Assembly: GCF_002571385.2 (NCBI RefSeq)
Contig: NW_019217939.1
Span: 1-64,000, forward strand
Direction of reading: 5' to 3'
Source of the DNA: Stylophora pistillata
Taxonomy: Eukaryota
Length of the DNA: 64,000 nt
Each line of letters begins with the position of its first letter. The stretch's first letter is position 1. The notes beneath the pieces are model-generated. The model had not been told where the DNA came from. It ran no database searches and saw only the letters and a list, made by a program, of their open reading frames with translations. The position numbers and the translations under genes were made by a program. Positions 49,401 through 61,400 of the stretch are shown here, piece by piece.

Positions 49401-52400
49401 TCTTTCGCGTTTTCATTTTCACCTTGCAATGATGACAGACAGACATCCACATTGCTTTTCAGCTCTGCATAAGAGCTCTGTAAGTTTGACAATTGATACT
49501 GTAGCGTTTCTTTTTCAGCGTCGTTAGCTTTGTTCAGTAGTTTCTCTGCATTTTCAAGTAAATGTTTGAGTTCACTCTCCTTAGACAAGACCAACTGTCG
49601 TCGTAATTCAAGCTCTTTTAGTCTTTCCTCTACGGAGGAACTTTGGACCTGTTCAGAGCAAGTTTCGATCAACTCGTTCTCGACCCACGACTTCAATTCC
49701 TGATACGCCTCTTGAAAAGTTTTGCTCTCGTTAATTCTCTCCTGTAGCTTAGCAATTTCCATTGCCGATCGCTCTTGTACTTCTTTGACAGAACTTTTCA
49801 ACTCGGCCACTTGCGATTCGTACATTTCCTTATCCATATCGTCGATATCTTTTAAAACCACCTCACCCTTCCCCAGCAGTACACTCACTACATTCTCGGA
49901 GGATTTACTCACACCAATGATGGTCTTCAAACTTGCAACATGCTCTTCTAGGGAGGGAATATCGACGGAAACAAACTCTGACCTCGAAATTTCGTCTTTT
50001 GCTTTAATGATCCACTCCTTGCAATTATCCATCGTTCGGCCAAAATCTCTACAAGATGCAATATGCTTTTCAAGAATCTCGACCCTCTTAGAGGTATTTC
50101 CTCCAACGGATTCCCACTGTGACCATAAATCATTTATTTCTGCTTGTAACGCAGACTGCTCGGCTGGTTTCAATTTACTAAGAATTTCTCCGGTTTTGGT
50201 GTGAACAGACGCCACCGCGTTCTCTAGAGAAGACAAAGCTTCTTTTGTGAATACAATTCCTTCTTCCAACAGCGGTATCTTTTCCATTGTTAAATCTTCG
50301 CTTGTAGAGTTTTCCACCTTTTTAATCAACTGTTGACATTCCATCAACTCTGTCACTAACTGCTCTCGCTGGTCTAGCGTCTCTTGGTCTTCCTGAATCT
50401 TGCTAGAGATATTCCCCTTTACTTTCAACAGTTTATGTGTCAGTTCGCAAACGCGGCTGTTGAACTCATCCTGTATTGCTTGACAGCTTGAAGGGACCAT
50501 CTGACTCTCGGTCTCAATAGAGGCTATTTCGGCTTCGCACATTTCAACATCACATAAAAGTCCTTGCAAACTCTGCAGCTCCAATTCCACGGCATTGAGC
50601 TCGTCGTCACTGGATATATTATTCAGCTTGGACTGGGCACCCACCAAACTTAGTTCCACTTTTTCGAAATCCGATTCTAACTTTTGAACCTGTTTCAGAG
50701 CATATCGGAGTACGTTATCTTGCTTTTCTATGCTTTCCCGGACGTTTTCCCATTCGGTTTTTAGTGCGTCTACCTGGCCTGTAACGACCTCCCCTGTTCC
50801 CGGATTATCGCTCTCCAACTCGGCTGCTATTTCTTTTCCTGTTAGCATCAGCTCATCAAAAGTGGCTTTCTTTTCAAGGAATTCATTCTTCACTCCACAA
50901 CAGACTTTCAAAGCTTCTTCCAACCCCTCAATACTTTGAACTGACGCTAAGTCAATTTGATCAGCTCTCTCACGCGCATCCGTTAGCCAGCCCTTTAATC
51001 CACTCACGGTCCATAACTTTTTCTCCACTATCTTTGCATAATCATCCTTCCCATCTTCGACTATTTCCCCGAGACACCTCCTCAATTCTTTCTCCTTTTC
51101 TTTAGATTCATGATGTAACTTGGTCCATTCATCTTTAACACGAGTCAGTTGTTCCATCACAGATGCCCTTTCCTCGGGAGGGAGTTTATCGCAAAGTTTC
51201 TTCCCTTTCTCCATTACGACCTGCACCATCTCCTCTCTGCGAGTTAATTCCTGACAAAGCTCCTTATGCTTCTCCAACTCGGCCTTGATACCCTCTACAT
51301 CACTAGGCTGTGCCCCGTCGGCTGCGATGGTGGCACTGGCTTCTTGCATCCAAAGAACACACGTTTCTAACTGTTCGTAATAATCTGTCTGTTCTCCGAT
51401 GCACCGTTCAATCTCGTCACCTTGTAACTCAGATAGAGTTCGAACTTTCTCCCATCGCGAAGACAGACCTTCAAGCTGCTTTTTAATACTAGCTCTCTCC
51501 TCCTCGTTCATTCGAGCAGACACCTCTCTACCTTTGGTCATGATGTCGTTTACAACCAAACTCTGTTGTTGGATTTCGTTATACAGCCTCTCCTGATTCC
51601 GAATGACGTCCATCTGCTCTTCTTCTGGAACAGAAAACATGTTTATCTGTAAAATGTTCTCTGCCTCATTTAACCAAGAGCTGAAATCCTCGACTTCAAG
51701 CACAAAGTCTTGATTCGCTTGATTAAAACTTTTAGCTTCTTTTTTCTTTATGACGTCGCGCTCATGCACACGTACAGATTCCTCACGAACGCCACACATC
51801 TCTTTCCAAGTTATACGCAGCTTCTCAAGGCGCGCCTCCAAGACTTCCCGCTCATTTTCCGGGAGAAGAGACGAAATTCGAAGTCCAACGCGAAGCACTT
51901 CATCTACCGAAGATTCCACGTGCGACAAGTCTTTATGAGTATCTGTCATTTCCACTGCATTATTTGAGAATTTCTCGAGAACTTCCATACATTCATTGTA
52001 CTTCACCTCGAATGTTTCCACCTCTGCAATGCATTTTATCAGGTAATCTTTTTTCTCAGTGGCCAGCCTATGGACCCTTTTCCACTTATCACCGACAGCT
52101 CTCAGTTTTTCTAACGTTTCTCGTTTCTTTTGAGGATTATCTTGAACGATTTTCTTTCCCTTGTCGCTGAGGTTGTTAACAAATTCTTTTTGCGTCTGCA
52201 ACTCCGCAAGCAAGGGCTGAAAAAAATAATAAACAGAGAAAATAATTTTAAGTAATCTGAGGGTAACTCGTTTTCAAGACTCGAAACTCAGTCATTCGTA
52301 GCAGAAACGGATACATAGATAAACGGTCACTTTGACCACTGCACCACAATTATCCTTAATTCATGACAAGACGGCAAAACCATGATTTCCAAGGGAAGAA

Positions 52401-55400
52401 ATTTTTATTTTTGCTTTTACTTTTTCAAAAAAACTTTTTTAAAAACTTTAGCATATTCTATACGTCCTCTAAGAGGGCTTGTTCACTACCCTACCTCACA
52501 AAGAGACAGCTTCTCCTTCATTTCATCCAGTCCAGAAGCTATTCCAAGCTCCCACTCTCCCAAAGATGTTTCCACCTCCTCCAGCACATGCATACAACTC
52601 TGAACTTGCGTCTGAAAATCTTCTTGTTGAACGATACACTTTATAAGTTCTTCTTGCTTTGTTAACGACTTGCGAATTACGCTGGCTTGCAACTCTTCAA
52701 GTGTATTTAATTGGCTCTCTAGGAAGGCGCGGTCTTCATTCGGGACCTTGTCCAACAGAAGGCGGCCATTGGTCAATAGTTGTGCTATCTGAGGCTGAGT
52801 TTGTTCAAGTTGGTCACAAAGGGTCTGTGCGAAAAAAAAGAGTAACACATACGTCACCAGAAATCTAACGCTAACCTAACATTGTCATCAAAAAAAAAGA
52901 GACAGAGGCAAAGCAAATCATTTTTATTTTCAGCGCCAAACCTTAACCGAAGCGAGTTGGTCCTCTAACACTTTGAGTTCCGCTGTGCTAATAATTGCGA
53001 CCCCCAGACTGATGTCTGAGTTGCGCAGTTCAGTTAACCGTTGATCCACTTCCTTTGTAAAATTTGACCATTCGCCAATTTCGCCTTCAACGTCCTGAAC
53101 TTTACTGGAGATCTTTTCCTTTACATCTGACCAGCGGAGTTGAAGTGTCTGAAGTTTACCATCGATTGTCACCCTTCCCTCACTGTTGCAGCGTTCCCTA
53201 AGGCGGGAACCTCGCTCGTGTACATTGGAGGACTGTACCATATGGCCCTCAAAACTGTTTGCGACGGCCTGCAAAACAAGAGAAAAGAAAAATCATAAAG
53301 TAAACAATAACAGAAAATGGCTCTCTACGGAGAGTTTTACCTCTACATCGTTCCACACAAACCTGAGCCTTTACTCTGTACGCAAAGCTATCTTCGAGTA
53401 AATGTTGAAAATTCAATTTTCCCATACCTTTCCATATACTATTTCTAATCTTTACTTCGAATCTTACTTTAAGCAGCAGATCAATCGAAGATGCAACTGC
53501 ACAAGAAACTTCCATTGCTTGATAATGAAAGAATATTAGTTATCAGAGAAAACAAAGCAGCGCTAATTTTATTGCTTAATAATTCTATTTTTTATTTTTT
53601 TCTTCTCAATTTGAAAAATAGAGACTCTTTTGTAGTTGGTCTAGAATCAACACTGTAACTTTACCTTCAGTTTAGCAAGTTGATTTTGAAGCCCATTGTA
53701 CCCTGGAGCTTTAGAGCTCTCGATCTCATGAAGGCACACTTCCGTGTAGTTCAGGATATCTCCGAGACGACCAAGGTCCTCTTCAAAGTTACTCAGCTCG
53801 GCTACCATGCCTCTGAGATCTTTAGTTCGTTCTGAGACCAGCTCTTGTACGTTGTTCCACATGTCGTTAATTTGCTGAAGATCAGCTTCTATTGATTGAT
53901 TCTCTTCAACTTTGCTACTCAGTTCTTGGCCTTTCACGTTCACAAAGTCTAGTACAAGTTCTTGGATACTCATTTCCTTGCGTAAATTCTGAAAGAAAAT
54001 ATTTGGTAAAACACAGCATTTATCAAATAATACGCTGCTCACAAATACTCGTGCAAGGGATCCATCGATCAATCTATACAACAACATCACAAGATAAGGG
54101 AAAGAATTCTACGACGTATCGTTCGATTTCACAAGCTATCTGATAGATGTTAAAATGATACTGCTGAAAATTGAAAGAGTGCTCGACATTCAAAAACATG
54201 CTATTGGTATTGGCATGCCATTTTTATTTATTTAGAAGATGATGAACTACAAATATCTTAACTCTCCAAAATATTAATTGTGCTTTAAACGGTTCAAACC
54301 ACTCGAAATACATAGTAGCCTTCCTTGTATATCAAATAAATGTATATGCACATGTAATATCTTGGATATATCAACAAAGTTGAAGTGGTAAATTGGCCAC
54401 CGTAACGATTACAAAAGCTGACGTTTCGAGCGTTAACCCTTCGTCGGAACGAAGGGCTAACGCTCGAAACGTCAGCTTTTGTAATCGTTACGGTGGCCAA
54501 TTTACCACTTCAACTTTGTTGATATATCCAAATTATTTCGTTACTCCCACCGATGCAGCCCCAAACAGTTTCTTTCGAAACTATCAGCCTTTATTCATAT
54601 GCACATGTAAATTACTTTTTTCTCCTCCAACTTTTCCTTGAGCGCTTCAAGATTTGCTGGTCCCGTAAACAACTCCGTATGTGTCCGCTCCAGTTCTCCC
54701 AGCCACTCGGCCAGTTTGTCTCTGTTCTCTTCAAAGTCGTTCCACATTTGAATAGTCTCCTCGATCACGGCTTTGATTGACGATGCGTCCTGACAGAACA
54801 CTGCCCAGTCTTTCTCTAACTGGTTCAACTCGCTTTCCACGGTGGCCTTACTATGACCCGAGATGACCTGGAGCAGAATGTCGCCCTTGTTGTAAACTTC
54901 ACCGATTAGTTGGTCGTTTTTGTCCATTTCGTCAAGAAGTACCTTGAAACGAAAATTTAAAAACAAAAAAAATAAGACATTTCACTGCTTTCCATTCGGT
55001 GACAATCTTAGAGGCAAATGTTAATGTCGAGGCTAAATTTTAATTTGGCTCTATCTCTAGAGAGTTTAATTTCATAGAAATTCATCATGATATGCAATAA
55101 CAAGGAACAAGAAAAGCTAAAGTTTTGAGCCATGAATAAAATTGAAACACAAAAGAGGCAACAATAAACTTAGACGGACAAAAGATGGCTAAGACACAAG
55201 AGCAGTGAAAAGGAAATGCAAATGGCCAACTTAAATTCATCATCAGAAATCGGGGACATTTCGAGCCCGTTACGAAATGTCAGCGGTACATCGTATTACA
55301 GACAATTCAATATGGCGGCGGTGGAAGTGACCAGAACACGCAACTTTCTATTTTCGTAAAACCCCGCCAGAGGAAGGCCTAGTACCTCACTATCCCAGAA

Positions 55401-58400
55401 AGCCAAAGGAGACGTCAAAACAACTAAAATGGCGGCCAAATTGTCCAGTTATAGGGACTTGTGTCTTTCGTGTTCTTCCTTCCTAAAACTGGGTTATTTA
55501 AAGATGGCATATTGGGCTTTTGAGCTCTGTGAAAATACGAAGAGTCTCCCGGCTCAAGAAAAATTTTTGGGCTAACATATTCGACCGTTTACGAGCGATT
55601 TAGTTGAGCAAACTTCTGCAGAATGCATATCGACTACGCAGTTGCGAATCTTCTTAAGGTTGTTCCCACGACAAAAGAATTGCAACAACTAGTCGAAGCA
55701 GATTTTAAGAGTTTGTACGGGAAAATGGAGTCAGAATTATGAGTTTACTCTCATACCTTGGGAAAAGGTAGGCTTGAATTTGAGTATTTCTTTTTCGTAG
55801 CGATAGACGCTTTAACCGATGCAGGCTGCATTTCCAACTACGCAGCGAAAGAATATCCCATTCTTAGACAGCTATTTTGAAAAAACAATCTTTTCCCATA
55901 CAATTTCTTATACTGTTACGGCGCCAATTTGCTTGTGACACGAGAACCGCCTCCGCCATATTGTCCCAAATTTCTGTCAATGGCTCAACTATTTTGATCG
56001 CACCAACCTGTAATTGATCGTTTAAATCCTCCAAACTTTTCCTGTTCTCGTAAGGCTCTGTACAATTTCCCAGCGTGGCCTTAGCAGGACCAAACCACGC
56101 ACCCCACTCCTGCACGGCAACAATATACCCGGTGAACTGCTCAACTACAATGTCTATTTCCTCATCCATTTCTGGAGCGGGTGGAATAGCCTCCTCAAGT
56201 TTGACTCCAGCTTCTGCTAACGTTTCGTCGACAGACGTTACGTCCAAGTTCTTCTTCAGCATATCCTCCTTTAAGTCGTCTAGTTCCGCTTTTTGACTTT
56301 GCAAGTCGTCCTCTAACATCTAGGTAAAGGGAAAACAAAAGGACATCGAGTTGATAATAGAAACATAAGAAAATACACGGAAGGTTTTTTTTTTTGACAC
56401 TCAATCAAAGATTGTTCGATTAAAAAAAAAATTAAGCAAACCTTGCCCTCCCGAAGTTTTCGCTGAACCTCATCCACTGAATCATCGGCGGTGTAAGCAC
56501 ACACGGAGAGTCTCTTACAAGTATCTACAATCCTTTCTAGAAGGTCATCCAGCAGGGATTTAATCTCGTCTTCAGTTCTGTCAGGCCTTGAGGTCTCTTC
56601 ACCAGTAACTGTCTCCATACTCTCCTTAGAGCATTCCTCTACCTCCAAAGCATTATCCATTGATTTAAAAGCTCCCACCTTGATACAGTCTTGATCCGAT
56701 AGAGTGCCTTCTCTCGAGCGACTGTCTAGCAGATTTGGTTCGCTGCCTCCAACAAATACCTGGTTGCCCCGAAGAGCGTTATCGATGAATACTCCAACGT
56801 TTTCATCGTCCTCCTCGTCTTTGTTTTCTACGTTGATCGAGAAAGTGCTGCTTGAGCTCCAGAGTGTGTCCATCGAGCATTCGTAAGAACTTTTACGATC
56901 GCGAACATCTAGAGAGTTTTCGCTTCCGAATGAAAAACTCCGAACTCCCAATCTGTGCAACGGAGAGCTGTTGGGTTTTTCCGGAATGAGTTCTTCTTCG
57001 CTATCGTCTTGGATACTGAGTTGAGGTGGGACGGAAGCAGGACGTCTAAGTTTTTCTAATGTTTCCTTCTGTTGGTCGTCTAGCGGGATGCCGGCAAGTT
57101 CTTGTACACTGCCCCATTCTTGAAAGAAGGGTTGGAAGGACTCGCTTACGTCGACATCGACATTGTCAGAGAACTCTTCAACTAGCTTTAAGGCTTGAAG
57201 ACTTAGCCTTTTCAACCGTGTCTCGCGTGAAGCTACTTCATCCTAAAAAATAAGAAAGCAAAGGTATTATCAATTGTTCCCAACAAGTTCTGTCAAATTT
57301 GCCTTCTCCCCAAAAATATTTTTATGTAATAATCTCGTCAGTGATTTGAGCAAGAGAGATTTCTAAGGTAGTGTCAAAAGTGGATCCATCCAACTTCAAA
57401 AAACAACACCCCTCTCTCGAAAAGTCACTAACGGTCAGTCCCTTATAGCAAGACAACTACTGTTAACTTTTATAAATCCTATGATGAACAAAGAACGAAA
57501 ATATCGATTAATTCTACTAGAGGGGTAAATCAAGCGACGGTCGTAGCCATATCATTAATTATTATGGTAAATGTTCTTTTTGCTACATTTATTTATTTTT
57601 TTTTTATTTTTTTATTTTTTTATCTAGAGATTTACCGTAAGGTAGGTGTAGACACAATAGGGCTCAAAGTCCCCTACTGGGTTTCTACACACCTGTCATA
57701 CCCACCCATCCCACCCCAGGGAAGGACATCCACCACACAGTAATCTCGTGCGTGGAAAATTAACGTCTCCTACCCCTAGCCCTGCAGGAGACGGGGCCTA
57801 CGGTTTATTCGTCGTTATCCGAGAAGACTAGAATATCTATCCATTTCTTGATATTATAGAAAGGTAGCAAATTCTCCTCAGTTATTTTAAGACCATGAGT
57901 ATTGGTCCGGCTGGGGCTCGAACCCTCGACCTACCGCACAACACAATCCGGCGCTCTAACCAATTGAGCTAACCGGGGGGCATTAACTGTGAACAAACCT
58001 TTAGTTTTCGCCTTCGTATGACAACATCAGGATTCTGGTCCTCTTGGTCAGTGGTTGCGTCCAGTTCCTTCTTGACGTCAATTATCCACTGTTGAAGTTC
58101 CTGTGTGTCTTTCTCCAGAACTTCAAATTCATTGGCCACTTGTTCCAACGCCTGCTTCCTGGTTCCCACCTATTACAACAACATATTCGCATTCTTTGCT
58201 TTTTTTTGTTCGCCATTCAGGGCATGGCTACTCATACCCTTGAAATTAGTTAAAAAGTGTTATCTTATAACACTGTGTTTACCAAGCCTAAAACCGAAGC
58301 TCCAGAGGGGCGCCTAGACCGCCCATTGTTACATTTGATTTCTCAAAAGGTAACCTTTCCGCGCAAACTTAAATATGTGATAACCTTTTATTTTTACTTA

Positions 58401-61400
58401 ACGGGTTACTCTATTTTCTTAATTATGGGACTCCGCCTAGAGGAAAACGAAGTGAAAAAGTAAGAGATATCGAGCAATATTCCATATCGAGATATCGAGA
58501 TGTCGAGAAGGATAACATGAACGAAGGCGCGAGAAATCGATAAAAGTGAATGTACCTATCTTTTACCTTAACTTTGGCCTCATTCCACTTGGCGTTCACC
58601 AATCGCAGCTGTTCCTCGAATCCCTGCATATCTACCAGTCCCTCTCCTTGTTTCAGTTCTTCCAGTAATTCAAATGCTTCCTGATTCACCGCCTCCAGAA
58701 CCAACTCGTTGTCCACCAAATCTTGTCCTACAACCTGTGAAAACGACAAAAATGATACACCAGAAACGGCAGCATTGCACACTATTACTCTACAAGGATG
58801 AATCGTCTTCACCAGACTATTCTCATGCAATGCAGCAAGGTTAGTACTCTTGGCAACGCATTGAATGGTAGGGTTCCACTGCACGTGTTAACGCAATCAT
58901 AAAGAGACGTTTTCTTTCATGTTCTGTACTGTTTAAGGGAAACTGCAAACACATATAAAAAACCCAGTTGTAAGGTAGCTCTCGTAACAAGGGTTGTTAT
59001 TGATTCCTGAAAAGATGCCGAAGTCCCAGTTATTGACCGGAAGAGAGTTCCAGCATTGTAACATCACGAGGTATGGTGTATTTCTGTGTCATTCTCTTAG
59101 GGACCTTTAATATTCATCAAATGAAACACCCATTTTTTTGTTGTTGTTGTTTCTTTACACGTTTGCTCTCATTTTACAATGCTCTACACTGAAGTTAGCA
59201 TAAAACAACTGATATCATAAAAAGAAAATTGCCTGATATATGCCTAACAGTACCTTGCACTCTTCAATCTGCTTTTTGCAATCGTCAGCGTTCCTGACTT
59301 GCCTCCTTGCAACAATCCCTTGCGTGTTCTTAAAGAACGCATTCATTTTGTGCTTCTGTTCAGCAAACCTGTGCCATTTCCCTGTTACCCTTTGAAAGAA
59401 CTCTCTCCTCTCCGTGATGTTCTTCTGCAAAGCTTCAAATCGCTCGATCAGCTCCTGGATCTCCTTCATTGCACTTCCGTCTGCATCGACCTCCATCATA
59501 TCCTGTGCTGCTTTGTTCAATGCCTCTAGGTCACGCTTATGGGCATTCAATCGGTCAAGAATGGCCTGAAAAAAATATGCCGATGTAATGACACAAGAAC
59601 ACAATAAGCATTAAAGTGACCAACGATAAAAGAAAGGCTTACCATACACCCTCACTATGCTTAGGAGACATCATTGAATAAATCAACCGGCTCGCGTTAT
59701 AGCAGAAATACACGAACGGTAAAAATGTAGTTGAAGTTACGTCAAAATAGGATTTGACGATGAGCCTTCGCGCAATTTTTGTTTCCAGCATCGCCATTTT
59801 AATGTAACGAACAAAGAGTGTTTAGTTATACCTGATATGCAGTCAGCTGATCCTGAGCACTATCGATGCGATAGCTGGCAGCTTTTTGCATCTCCGCGTC
59901 TCCCTCTTTCTTTTTCAGCCACCGAATCATCTTGAGTTTATTTCTGGTAAAGTCCCACCACTTCTTGGCTGTTTTCTCGATGCTTTTCTTCTTCTCCTCC
60001 ACATCCTGTATGACCGTCTGCCACTCACTGTTGAGATTACCGAGCTTTTCGTCGAAAGCAACGGCTTCACCTGACTCCTGCTGTAGCATCAGATGTCCTT
60101 CCTTCAACACCACGTCTAGATCAAGACACTGCCGCTTCCACATATCAACCTTGGCCTGGATGACCATTCAAACAACAGATAATTTGGTTTGCCGACAATT
60201 TAACAGTACTCACTGGATTAACGTCCGTAACTGCTTCATGCAACCATGAACCGCAACATTTACCGCTGATTTCGATTATTTTCTTAAAAATCTGAGGTAG
60301 CTCTCAACAAAACTTATTTCCCAGTCACAACAAATTAAAATAATTTTCTTTCCTTTACACATAAAAGTGCTGAGAGGCAAATAGAAAAGGTTGAGTTCTT
60401 GCCACATGCTCTTTTCGTAATCGTGATCACTCGAATTGTCTCTAATATCAATAAGTCTAGGGACACATGTTAACAAATTGAAAAAAAAAAAAGTTTTATC
60501 ATCGGCTCCAAATGCTACCCTGGTATTAAAAATTCCACTAAGCCAGATTTCACAGATCCAACGACCTTTAAGCAAGTCAGGAAAAGGTCGGCAGATGTCG
60601 ATTGAGGGAAGGGGGGGAGAGCAAACAAATAGATATCTTAAGCGAGTTCTAAAGCCAAGCTAAGGTCAAGTCATGCAGACAAAGGGTTCTGTAAAGCAGA
60701 ATTTACCTAAGCCCACCTTAACGTACCAAAAACACTTCAGTCTCACCTTGGCTTTTCTGGACTCTTCCTTGATTTTTTCCAGCACTGCAGGAGGTACGTC
60801 TTTAGCGGTACTTAGCTTCTCCTCGATCTTTTCCAGGTATTGTACCACGTGTTTAGACGTATCAAGGTAGTGACGTGAAAGAACAAGCAGTTGGTATCTT
60901 CCAGCAGCCCATCTCAACATTTCGTCCCAACGATCGGTTAACTTCGTGAGTTTCTCGCCGAGTATTTCGGCTTCTTCACCTTTACTAGCTTGAAGTCGTA
61001 CTTCGTGTCCTTCTTTCACGAGGGATTCAAAGGAGTCCTGACGACTTCTGAAGTTCGACTGAAATTCCTGGCAAGATGAGGCGAAACTGTACTCACAGAC
61101 TTACTGCGCGAACAATAGCAGACACTTTTACAGGAATATTTTTGAAACGATTCTTAATTGACGACTATATTTGTAACTAAAACTGTACGAGACAAGATTT
61201 TGGCTTATAGTCAATTTTCAATTGAGCGTTCAAGAATTTCGGGATTAAGTTACCTTTTTTCACTTCCATCTGTGATCAGTCTTTAAAACTCGTGGCACCT
61301 CCACCCAATAGATGCAAAACTTAAACCAAACGAGGCATAATCACCAGCGCTTACTTAGAGCTTTTCATGGTCATTAGCTATCCTTGTGTTTGTTTTGATT

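Noticed and set aside
45158-52170. Numerous plus-strand Ser/Phe-rich ORFs opposite the giant exon
   Set aside because: Typical antisense shadows of Glu/Lys-rich coding sequence
54294-54641. Twin ORFs starting MATVTITKADVSS on both strands
   Set aside because: A consequence of the palindrome, not genes
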